From NCBI GenBank assembly GCA_964016885.1, contig OZ024742.1, positions 278,008,001 to 278,072,000 on the forward strand: a stretch of DNA of 64,000 nt, in the 5' to 3' direction. The notes under the pieces are model-generated. The model was not told the origin of the DNA and ran no database searches. It worked only from the letters and a program-made list of their open reading frames with translations. Positions within the stretch are counted from its first letter, which is position 1; each line of letters opens with the position of its first letter. Below are positions 1 through 13,224 of this stretch, in pieces. A program made the position numbers and the translations under genes. Source of the stretch: Eledone cirrhosa (lineage: Eukaryota).

Positions 1-125
1 ATTGTCAGATTTATCTCTCCTTGTTTGCTGAGATTAAAGTAAGTGAGTCTGTCACTACTCTAAAACAATAGCATAAGGTCTTCAAAATGCTTTTAATTAA
101 GCATAAAGTGAATTGCAAAATGCAC

Positions 126-132
126 TATATAT

Positions 133-208
<76 letters not shown>

Positions 209-471
209 ATATACACGTATATATATGTGTGTATGTGTATGTGTGTATATGTATATGTGTATGTATTTATATATGTATATATATATATTTATATATATAT
301 ATATATATATTTGTCGATGTGTTTTTATGTATATATGTATATATGTGTATATGTGAATATGTGTTTGTATATGTTTGTATATGTGTATATTTTATATATA
401 TATATATATATATACATGTGTTTGTGGTGTGTGTGTGTGTGTGTGTGTGTTGTGTGTGTGTGTATATATAT
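126..471. repeat. Compound (TA)n/(CA)n/(TG)n microsatellite
   Basis: Direct dinucleotide repeats; overlapping ORFs are poly-YI/CV artefacts. Confidence 0.95.
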
Positions 472-475
472 GAAC

Positions 476-961
476 GTGTCGTTTGACACCTGAATATAGC
501 TTAAGAGAAACATGATAATAAGGATAGGCACCCAATATTTGAACTGGTTTATAGAATTCTCTCATCCTTTGTCACTCTAAGTAGAGCTCTAAAGAATTAC
601 CTTTTAACGAATTTCCCTTTTCTTTAAATCCATCAACCATGACTGACACCCAACTATCTTTTAGACACCTGAAATATAGGCATTGTTGGCTTACGAGAAA
701 CCTAAAAATTAGGAGTGCCACCCCAATTTGAACTTGTTTATAGAATTCTTTCTGCCTTTGTCACTCTAAATATAAATTATAGCCTTAAATAATTAGCTTT
801 TAATGAATTCCCTTATCTTTCAACCAATGACCACTCCTCACCCTCTCCTACCACCAGAACATATATAAATACCACAACATTTGTTTTGGACAGCCAGATT
901 ACTGATGATTTCTAAAGAATGAAACAGTTCTAGTCTTGTAGAATCTCATCTAAATTAAAAC
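476..961 (+). mobile_element. Probable Penelope-type terminal (pLTR-like) segment with internal ~180-bp imperfect tandem duplication and hammerhead motif
   Basis: 484-660 and 663-840 share GACACCTGAA...TTTGAACT(G/T)GTTTATAGAATTCT...CCTTTGTCACTCTAA; hammerhead core at 902-930; segment ends on (TA)n. Confidence 0.45.
897..935 (+). ncRNA. Minimal type I hammerhead ribozyme candidate
   Basis: GATTA (stem I) - CTGATGA (902-908) - TTC/TAAA/GAA (stem II) - GAAA (921-924) - short stem III - TTC triplet ending 930 - TAGTC (stem I partner). Confidence 0.55.
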
Positions 962-1011
962 TATATATATATATATATATATCCCCCCCCCCAAACACCA
1001 AACCCCACCAC

Positions 1012-2730
1012 TTGTTGTCACACTACCCCCTGACCTCAGGCAGCTCTGTAACCCCTCTTCTACCGCCCTGTACCCTCCGATCCTCCACCCCCTCTACCAA
1101 CAACAAGTCTCCTCCACCATCAAAGACCTTATCGCCTCTTCCCTCTCCCCCCCACCGCTCCCCACCTCATCGTCCGCACCCCCGCACCCCCACCATCTAC
1201 TCCCTCCCGAAAACTCCACAAACCCGACAACCCCGGCCGCCCCATCGTCTCCGCTTGCAACTGCCCCACCGAACTCATCTCCGCTTTTCTCGACTCCATC
1301 CTCGCCCCCCTTGTCACCACCCTCCCCTCCCACATCTCCGACACCAACCACGCCCTCGCGCCTTTTCGACTCCTTCACCTACCCACCCGGGCCCACAGCC
1401 CTTCCTCTTCACCCTAGACATCAAGTCCCTCTATACCGTCATCCCCCACGCCGACGGCCTACGCGCCCTCAAACACTACCTCGACCTTCGCCCCTCCCTC
1501 ATTCCCTCCACCCCACCCTCCTTCGCCTCGCCGAGCTGGTCCTCACCCTCAATTGTTTCTCCTTCTCGGGTGAGTTTTACCAACAGGTCACGGGGGTAGC
1601 CATGGGTACAAGAATGTGCCCGAACTATGCCAACCTTTTGTTGGCAGTGTTGAGGCCCAAATCTTTGCCCAGTACACCGGCCCCACGCCCGATCTGTACG
1701 GTCGTTACATTGACGACTGTATTGGAGCCACGACCCTCACCCGAGAACAGCTCGACTCCTTTCTCTCCTTCTTCTGCTCCTTCCACCCCTCCCTCCACTT
1801 CACCACCTGTATCTCCACCACCTACGTCCACTTCTTAGACATCTCCGTCGCCTTCGACCCCTCCCACCACTCCCTCGTCACCTCCGCCTTCTTCAAACCC
1901 ACCGACTCCCACTCTTACCTCGACTTCACCTCTTCCCACCCCACCCACACTAAACACTCCATTCCCTACTCCCAACTTCTCAGGATCCGCCGCCTCTGTA
2001 GCCGAGATGCTGACTTCGAGTCCCAGACCCTTTCCCTAGTCATCCATTTCATCCGCAGAGGTTACCCCCCTCTCTCGTCCACACCGCTCTCACCCGCGCC
2101 TGTGTTGTCCCCCGCTCCACCACCCTAACCCCACGCCACCGCACACCCACCCATCGTCTCCCCTTCCCCATCACTTACCACCCCTCCACCTTACCCCTCT
2201 ACCGCACCATCCACTGCCTCTTCCGACGCCTCCAGTCCGACCCCTCCACCTCCCACATCTTCCCAACCCCACCACTCCCCTCCTTCAAACGCGCACGCAA
2301 TCTCCGCACCCTCCTCGTCCACAGCCCCCTACCTCCCAACCCACGCTCTGTTTTTCCCCCCGGTTCCTTTCCCTGTTCTAGGCCCCGCTGCAACACCTGT
2401 CCCCACATCACCAACACCACCACCTTCCAGGGTCCCAACGGCCACTCTCTCTCTGTCCGGCATGCCTTCCGCTGCACCTCCTCCAATCTAGTCTACGGAC
2501 TTATGTCGGACAGACGGGACGTCGCCTGGCGGACCGATTCACTGAGCACCTCCGGGATATTCGTCTCGGTGGTAGTTCCCCCATCGCCCGCCACTTTGGT
2601 GGCCCTGGACATTCCGCACGCCATCTCACAGTCTGTGGCCTACTCCAATGCCACGGAACACCCGCCAATCACCTTAGAGTCGAAAAAAGAACTATCTTCA
2701 TTTTACAGACCCACACTCCCCCCGGCCTGA
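1012..2730 (+). pseudogene. Frameshifted Penelope RT / GIY-YIG endonuclease ORF
   Basis: Motifs across frames: LFTLDIKSLYTVIPH, FSFSGEFYQQVTGVAMGTRMCPNYANL, YGRYIDDC, KPTDSHSYLDFTSSHP, SIPYSQLLRIRRLCS, CSRPRCNTC, CTSSNLVY..YVGQTGRRLADRFTEH. Confidence 0.88.
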
Positions 2731-4246
2731 ACTCCCCACCCTTATTCCTTTAGCCTTCGACCCCCCCACACACTTATCCCCCACTAACACCACTAACACA
2801 CCCCTCCTTTTCACCGCCCACCCCACAACTAACAATACTAACACCTCCACTCCACCCCTCATCCGACCACCCTTCCCCAACTAACATACTAACATCCCTC
2901 CCCTCTTCTCCTCCTCCCCCTCCTTATCACACGCACACACCCACCGGCACATATATACACGCGCTCACACTAAACACACACCCTACTACCACCACTAACC
3001 CTCACCCCCACACCTCTCACCCCCACGCCTCCATCCCACCACCCCGCAACTAACCTCACTAACACCCCCTGACCCCAAGCACACGAACACACGCACCCAC
3101 TTACACCACCCACCCCACACGCAACTAACATCACTAACACCCCCCAACCCCACGCACACGTACCCACACACCCTCGTACACCACCAACTCTACACACCCT
3201 AACACCACTAACCCCCACTCACACCTGCTTTCAACCCCTCCCCCACCTCCCGTATACTAACACCCACTAACACCCCTTCATCAAACTACACACACACCAG
3301 TACACCACACTCCCTCCATAGAACTACACACACCCTTCTCTCCCCGCTCCACCCACACCCTCGCTCCACACTCACTCATCCAACTAACACCTCTACTAAT
3401 ACACACACACACACCCTCCTCACTCCAACTTTCACACCTACCCATCCTCGCCCCTTTACCATTCCACCGACTGCTGCTATGCCCTCTGACCACCTCCCAG
3501 CACAAACAGACACACAGCACTCCCACTGCTTGACCACTTCCTGTTGCGCGCGCACCCCCACATCTCTCCTCTTCCGACCATCTCTTCATGGAATACTCGT
3601 ATGTGGAACTTGACCACCACAGAATCCACTAAACATCATAGGATTTTACCAACTTTTCAACCATCCTCTTACCGAATCACCTATATAACTCCCCCCCCCC
3701 CCACCCACCCCAACATTATTTTCTCCACACGCCACCTACACCCACAACACGCTTAAACCCCACACACACGAGCTTTCCACCACATATTTACACCCTCAGC
3801 CTCCTGATTCCTCTCCCCCCACCCCTCTATCCACACAAGCACAGATACTCCGACCTAAAAAACCCCCACACACACCTCTTCCTGAACATGCAACCCCGTT
3901 CTTCCCCCAAACCTTACTTTCATATACACACACACACACACACACACACGTACACCTACACACACACACCACCTTCCGCCGTCCCCGCTCGGACACCCGT
4001 CTCCCTCTCCCCACTCCACCCGCCACCACCCCTACACACCCCACACCCTTCCACCACCTGTTTTACCCCCTTTTTAATTTCAGTTTATTTTGATCATGCT
4101 TTTATATTTAATTTTATTTCATTCCTTGTATTTTGATCATGCTTTATTTTTATTTTTATTTTTAATTTCATTCGCACCGTTTCCTTTCGCTATATGTCTC
4201 TCCACCACTCCCCTACACACCCTTTGAACTCTGTTCCCACACACTT

Positions 4247-4285
4247 CTCACCTGAGGAAGGGCTTATGCCCGAAACGTCGTTCCC
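4247..4285 (+). ncRNA. Minimal hammerhead ribozyme of the Penelope element
   Basis: CTGAGGA (4252-4258) A GGGC-TTAT-GCCC GAAA (4272-4275) C GTC. The palindromic ACGT stem III is typical of PLE minimal hammerheads; stem I is weak in this copy. Confidence 0.7.
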
Positions 4286-4371
4286 CACCACCACCCAACT
4301 CTCCAGAGCGTGAAATTAATAAACATTCGTTGTACTGCCTCTCTGTTTTGTTCCTGTTCAAATTTTTCCAT

Positions 4372-4403
<32 letters not shown>

Positions 4404-4405
<2 letters not shown>

Positions 4406-4612
4406 ATTGGTGTTGGATGCTTAAAGCGTCCGTATGCGGTAGGCCGTATGAGCACTCGATGCTCTCATAGAGCAGAGTATGATATCACAGAAAAAAAAGA
4501 GATTCAGTGTTGCGACGAATTGAATTTATTGGACATATTACAATCGTTTCTCTGGCGACCAGCTTGAGGCACGATCGATGTGAATCTGAAAATCGCAAGG
4601 TCCTCATCTTCA
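4404..4612. repeat. Dispersed ~210-bp repeat (second copy at 43084), adjacent to (TA)n
   Basis: Near-identical to 43084-43320 (TGGTGTTGGATGCTTAAAGCGTCCGTATGCGGTAGGCCGTATGAGCACTCGATGC...). Confidence 0.85.
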
Positions 4613-4624
4613 TCTTAACATGCT

Positions 4625-4859
4625 AACCATACTCCCACACACAGATAACACACATACACAGACATAGCCCCCCCCACACATATACACAACTCCCTCCCCC
4701 ATTTCTACTAATAGAATCACTCTCCTACACACATATACACACACACAATATATATATATTCTCTCCATCTTAACATACTCTCCCCCCCCACACACCCATA
4801 ACACCCATACACACACACACACAACTCCCTCCCCCATTTCTACAAATAGAATCATCTTC

Positions 4860-4897
<38 letters not shown>

Positions 4898-4900
4898 GCA
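4625..4900. repeat. Imperfect tandem duplication with CA repeats
   Basis: AACTCCCTCCCCCCATTTCTAC.AATAGAATCA occurs at ~4688 and ~4822. Confidence 0.7.
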
Positions 4901-4919
4901 CACAAATAAACATACATAT

Positions 4920-5521
4920 CTTTACTTTCTTTATTTCAATAGAAAATCTGAATTCTGACACCCCAGTGAACTAACCATATTCACTGAACCAGAACAATTC
5001 TCCCATCCCATATCTCTTGACCATTATCTTTTGTTTGTCATAACATTCTCTAAAAGGCTACAAAATAAATTCCCAAATACGGGCGCGAAATTTAATGAAC
5101 TTGTTCACGTGACAGCCATAATTTCATTTATAACCAATCAAATTACATTTATAAAAAAAAGCCTTCGTGAGCCCCCTTTTTTAAGTAAAAAGAAATTCAA
5201 ACACTCATATATGAAAAAACAACCCCCTTGTTTGAAGAACTTTGTAACTTTGTAACGCGAACTGGCGCGAATTTTATTATATTTATTGACCAGCCAATCA
5301 AATTACTTCTCTAAAAAAGAGGGCTTTCGAGCCGCTTTTTTCCATATAAAACAAGTAACATTCAAATACCAAGCAGATGTGAGAAAAACCACAGACCCTC
5401 CATCTCAACTCTACTTTTGAAAAGCAGAAGAACTGCGAAACCGGTAAAGGAACCAAATAAATGTATATATATATTTTTAAAAATAATACTCCAGTTGCAT
5501 TTTCGATTTCCTCTTTTTTTC

Positions 5522-5523
<2 letters not shown>
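4920..5523 (+). mobile_element. Possible Penelope-type terminal segment with ~185-bp tandem duplication and variant hammerhead-like motif
   Basis: GGCGCGAA...CCAATCAAATTAC repeated at ~5082 and ~5264; TTGAAAA GCAG-AAGAA-CTGC GAAA CCGGT at 5417-5445, then AATAAA and (TA)n. Confidence 0.35.
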
Positions 5524-5552
<29 letters not shown>

Positions 5553-5772
5553 AGATAGATAAATAGATAGATAGATAGATAGATATTTAGGGATTGTAAC
5601 GTCTACCTATTGTAGTTTCACCAGAGTGAGCACTCTGGAATCAGAAGACAGACGAGCCTTTGATTCCAGAGTCGGGTAAGATCGATACGGATCGAGCCTT
5701 GAGCTGATCAATCGCGAAACGTGGGTCATACCCCAATAAACGTAATGAAAATCGAACGCTTCCTCCTTTTTA

Positions 5773-5913
<141 letters not shown>

Positions 5914-6087
5914 TAACAGGGGAGTGAGTAAATAAAACATTAAAAAGGAAAAGACTACAAAATGCAGTAACATATACAGACAAATCAACTAACAAAAACA
6001 CAAAATTTCTACAAAATAATAAACAATAACGGAATATTTTATCTGCATCGGTGATTGTATCTTCCATCTGCCGCCATAGTTTCACAC

Positions 6088-6440
6088 CTACTACTACCAT
6101 CACCACCACCAGCGCGAACACCAGCACCAGCACCAGCACCACTAGCATCACCAGCACCACAAGCACCCCCATCAACAGTAACAGTAGCAGCAGCAGCACC
6201 ACCACCATTACGACCACCACCATCAACAACAATAACAAAAACAACAACAGCAACAGCTTTTCTTGTATAATTAAAAGGCACAGAGAAGAAAACGAAGAAA
6301 AATAAAATAAATCGAAATGAAGGAAACCTAACAATAAAATACAACAACAACAAAAACAACTACAAAAATAACAGCAACAACAACAAAACAAACAAAAAGA
6401 ACAGTGAGGAAAAACAAAAACAAACAAAACAACGACGAAC
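6088..6440. repeat. Compound CAN-trinucleotide low-complexity tract
   Basis: (CAC/CAG/CAA)n runs. Confidence 0.85.
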
Positions 6441-6942
6441 AAATCAAAATCCCTAGCAACAAATTCGCTTGACGCCATCTTACTGTCAATTGATCGTTCG
6501 TTCGCAAATGGACGACAATCACGTTAAATTGAGATGTTTATTATTACTAGTTATTATAGAAAGGTGAACCTTCCACCGTATCATATCGATTATCGACAAT
6601 AACATTGAGCTGATTGATTAGTGTTGACTCTCCATTTAAACGAAAAGAATATAAAAATCATAATAAAAACTGTGAATAAAAAATACACTGAAATGAACAT
6701 GTCTGCTCTATTCTTACGGATCGTCTGCTTTCAGTGAAAATATATTGGTGAGGTTTATATTGTAAGATTGGTGGAGGTTGGAGTAGTAAGGGGATAACGA
6801 CTTTGGTTAGCAGTAGGTTGTGTTTTGTATAAATATGGGAGTGTAATGTATGCACACTTACTTTATTCGCTGCGTTGATTGCAACAAATAACTAAATACA
6901 TACGTGTATACACACACTCACACTCACACTCTCACACACACA

Positions 6943-6995
<53 letters not shown>

Positions 6996-7030
6996 GCAGA
7001 CACACACACATACACAGACATACACACACT

Positions 7031-7071
<41 letters not shown>

Positions 7072-7149
7072 CACAGGTGTCCCAAAAAGATGCACACACA
7101 CTTCAACAGTTTTCTAGTGAATATGTGTATACATTATCGGGACACCCTG
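7072..7149. mobile_element. Tiny Tc1/mariner-type MITE in (TA)n
   Basis: Terminal inverted repeats CA(C)AGGTGTCCC...GGGACACCCTG extending ~25 bp imperfectly, flanked by TA. Confidence 0.6.
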
Positions 7150-7416
7150 TATATATATATATATAAATATGTATTATGTTCATATATATATATGTATATA
7201 AACTCTCTATCTACAACACTATCATTATTCAGATATCGATTTCAGTAACTGTTCACGTTCTTACTTTTCGATTTGAAAATTTAGAATGTTTAAGATTCTG
7301 TACTGCTTAAAATTATTTATACACACACACACAAATATATATATATATATGACTACATATACACATACATACGTACATTCATACACACATGCATACATAC
7401 ATACGAATATATCCAT

Positions 7417-7508
<92 letters not shown>

Positions 7509-7936
7509 CTCTTTCATAACCTTACATATACAAATACACTGAAATTTCCATATCAATATTTATAAGTAGTATAGATTGATTATGCCAATAATGCGCATAT
7601 ATGCGTATAAAGTATATATTTGTATGTATAAAAACGTTATATATATACAAACACACACACGCAGACATACACATACACTCACTCACACATACACACATAC
7701 ACGCACACACACACATATATATATATATATGTGTATATATATATATATATATACTGTTCAAAAACTAGAACAATGTACACACCAAGAGATAATTATTCCG
7801 ATAGATTGACTGATTGATTAGTACACACACCTATAGGTGCATAAAACTATGAATCCATATGCATACACACACATACACACGCGCAAACACACACACGTAC
7901 ACACATACACCATTACACAGCAACAACTACACACAC

Positions 7937-8990
<1,054 letters not shown>

Positions 8991-9324
8991 ATCTATGAAG
9001 ATGTATCGATTTGTCTTCTCAACAATATACTTAGCTAAATTTGCATTCTGTTGTGTTTACACATCACGCAAACAAAATATAGATGTATATGAATATACAC
9101 ACATTGCTAACACATTCTCACATATATCCTGAATATATTAACGCATGTACATGTATGTCTATGTATGAATGTGTGTATGTGTGTTTGTGTTTATTTGTGA
9201 ATTTGTATGGAAGTATTTATGTGTACATATGTGTACAGATCTATTTAGGCATATGTATGTGTTTAGATATGCTTCACATATATTTGTACGCATGTAGATG
9301 ATACTCTGAATGTGTTTACGAGGA

Positions 9325-10177
<853 letters not shown>

Positions 10178-10383
10178 GAAAACGAAGAAATTTAGTTTAA
10201 ATATATTTACGCTTTTGTTGTGTATCAGCCAATCCTCATGTTTCACAGAGGATTGGCCCAAGGTCAAACATGGAATTTATAGACCCGACTCCAGTATTGC
10301 TCGGTTCGTTTGACAGGTGATACAACATACACTCTGCCTGTGCATCGAGTGCTCCTTTTGCCACCACTGCCAGTAATTCACAT

Positions 10384-10432
<49 letters not shown>

Positions 10433-10480
10433 GTTAGGGTAAATATTGATGCAATTTAATTCAAGCACTCAACTACTTTT

Positions 10481-10549
<69 letters not shown>

Positions 10550-10555
<6 letters not shown>

Positions 10556-11435
10556 ATCTGTCCATTCTATTATTTGTTATCGTCATATGAAGAGAATGGT
10601 TTTCCAATTTTTTGCTAATACCTATAAAAGAAAATAGACCTCCTCACTGTACACGCCACCTTTCATAGCGGGGAATTTCTTGATTAGTTTGCTAAGTAGG
10701 AACAGACCATCTAAGTCGGTGACCTTCGCAAAGTCACTCTACTCCATAGTAATGTCAAAGTCATCTGGACGATTATTCCGTGTTCATAGACTACCATCAA
10801 TTTTTACTTTGTATGCCTGCGTCAAAGATAATCTTTACTGGGTCTGGGGAGATGTAAGCATAATAATTATCTAAATCAAATCGGACAAAATTTATATCCT
10901 TCTTCCTATCGAGGTGGCTAAATCAATTACTTATTGGATTGGTATTTTTCCACAAGTTAAACGCCACCTTTGTACTAATGGTCGGAATAGGATATTCTTG
11001 TTAATTCTACCCACGTCTGAAGTTGTTGTGCATATTAGTATGATAGATGGGTTATTATTAAAATTATTTTTATGATCTTTAAAAGTGAACATTGAGACTT
11101 TTTTAGGTGTATATGGTTCAAGATCTATTTGTTCAACTAAATTTTTAGCCTGTGGATTGTTCTTTATTAAATTATCCTGGGTTAGTTTTCTACTCCATAT
11201 ATAAGTGTGAAAGCGCATGCTATAAATGTGTTTATCTTTTATCAACAAGGACGTGTGTCATATGGTTTTAAAAAAAATGTTTATAGTAGAGTTCAGTTTC
11301 TTCAAGAATGTCTTAAAATTTAATTATTATTTTTTATAGACATTGACGTATTGCACAAGCTTATGTAGTCTGGCGAAACATATATCGGTCAATTAAATAT
11401 ACAGTTAACAGATTCGGTTAATTTGTTTTCGTTTG
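10550..11435 (-). mobile_element. Degenerate Penelope-like RT fragment between (TA)n tracts
   Basis: Minus-strand MFTFKDHKNNFNNNPSIILICTTTSDVGRINKNIL resembles the PLE RT N-terminal block; DFDITME..FAKVTDLDGLFLL resembles the PLE FDVTMGS...LVGLYLL block; many stops. Confidence 0.65.
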
Positions 11436-11436
11436 G

Positions 11437-11484
<48 letters not shown>

Positions 11485-11714
11485 TGTATATACAATGTAT
11501 TTGAAAAAAAGAGAGTTCGTTGGAATTTGGAGAATAGATGTATAGAATACGATTGATAAGTATAATAGAAGAGAGAGAGAGAGAGGGAGAGAAAGAGAGA
11601 AAGGTGGGGGAGTAGAAATGTGAAGGGGAGAGAAAGAGAGTGAAGGAGAGAGATTAGCTAATAATTAGTTAAACAATGAAATGAATAGTTATAGTTTGTA
11701 ATTAGCAAGAACAT

Positions 11715-12420
11715 ATGATGATAATGATAACGAAATCGATGATGATGATAACGATGATGAAGATGGTGATGATGATGATAGTGATGATAATAACAATAAC
11801 GATACTAACAAAAATGACAAAGGCGACAACGACGACAACGACATAAACAATAATAATAACAACATAATAGTATTTAATTATTAATTGTGAAATATTTATA
11901 TCGGAATTGTATTTGATTGGCTAGTGGCTGCAGAATAATACTGTCATTATTATTCATGTTATTATTACCATAGTAATTATTAATTACGAAAGTAATCAAC
12001 ATCATCGCCCACCACTACCACCACCAACATCACCATCACCATCACCATCACTACAACCAAAACCGACATCATGATCATTGACGTCATCACTACCACTATC
12101 ATCATCATCATCATCACCGTCACCATCACCATCACTACCACCATCGCCATCACCATCACCCGCATCATCACCATCACCACCACTCACCACCCTCACCATC
12201 GCCATCACCATCACCACCTCTACAACCACCACCGACATGATGATCATTGTCGTCAGCACTACCAGTATAATCATCATCACCATCACCATCACCATCACCA
12301 CCGACATCACCATCATCATCACCATCACCGCCACTCTCCATCATTATCATCACCATCAACATCACCACCACTACAACCACCACCGACATGATGATGATGA
12401 TCATCATCATCACCATTAAC
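11715..12420. repeat. (GAT/AAC)n and compound (CAT/CAC)n trinucleotide satellite
   Basis: Direct repeats; ACAACCACCACCGACATGATGAT recurs. Confidence 0.9.
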
Positions 12421-12520
12421 CATACTGTTATTTTTATCTGTAATTGTAATTTTATTAGTGTTGTTGGTGATGGTGATGTTTTGTGTGGTTTTAAAATATG
12501 TTCTATATTATGTAACCTGC

Positions 12521-12537
12521 TATTATTGTTGTTGTTG

Positions 12538-12604
<67 letters not shown>

Positions 12605-12606
12605 TG
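12521..12606. repeat. (TTG/TTA)n tract, left edge of retrotransposon array
   Basis: Direct repeats. Confidence 0.95.
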
Positions 12607-13190
12607 TTCTTTGCGTCTCAGTCATTGATGTTATTTAACTGGAAAGTTTGTTGAAATGAATATAAAGCCGCTACCTGCAGCCTCAGATATTCACGACGTA
12701 TCGGAGGTTTCTTGCTGTTCCCATCAAGCATGCTTTTTGAAGTGTTCCAAAAAGCGGGGCTGGACTAATCTTCTTTAACCATCCTTGGAGACTCTTTGAG
12801 ATAGTATCTAGTGTGCCTATGACAATCGGGACGACCTTGATTGGCAGTTCCAAATCCTTTTAAACTCCCACTTTAAATCCTGGTATCAGTTAATTTTCTC
12901 CCTCTCCTTTTCTTGTACTCTCGTGTCAAATGGGCAGGCTACATCTAAAATCAGGCACGATCTTTTTTCCTTGTCCAAAACCACCCGGTCAGGCCTATTG
13001 TGTTCTAATTTTTTGTCCGTCTGTATCCTAAAATCCCACAGCACCTTCACCTGATCGTTTTCTCTCACCGACTCTGGCTTATGCTCATACCACTTCTCCG
13101 AATGTGGTAAATTGTTTACTTTGCATAGATGCCAGTGGATCACCCTGCCTATCACAACATGTCTCCAGCCTTTATAGTGAGTCTGGGCTA
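12607..13190 (-). mobile_element. R4/Dong-type non-LTR retrotransposon, 5'-truncated copy A
   Basis: RLE motifs VLWDFRIQTD..HNRPD..LDVACP..EKEREK; same 3' UTR as the other copies; flanked by (TTA)n. Confidence 0.9.
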
Positions 13191-13224
13191 TTATTATTAT
13201 TATTATTATTATTGTTATTATTAC

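Larger units (their letters stand above)
983..4371 (+). mobile_element. Penelope-like retroelement (RT + C-terminal GIY-YIG), 5'-truncated, inserted in (TA)n
   Basis: (TA)n on both sides (962-982 and 4372 onward); PLE RT and GIY-YIG motifs; long C/A-rich 3' region; hammerhead core at 4252-4280 and AATAAA at 4318 near the 3' end. Confidence 0.85.

Noticed and set aside
11338-11395. Decayed hammerhead-like motif (TTGACGTA...GCGAAACATATATCGGTC)
   Set aside because: Core is disrupted; counted only as part of the PLE fragment.
11980-12419. His-, Asp/Gly- and Val/Met-rich ORFs
   Set aside because: (CAT/CAC)n satellite open in most frames.
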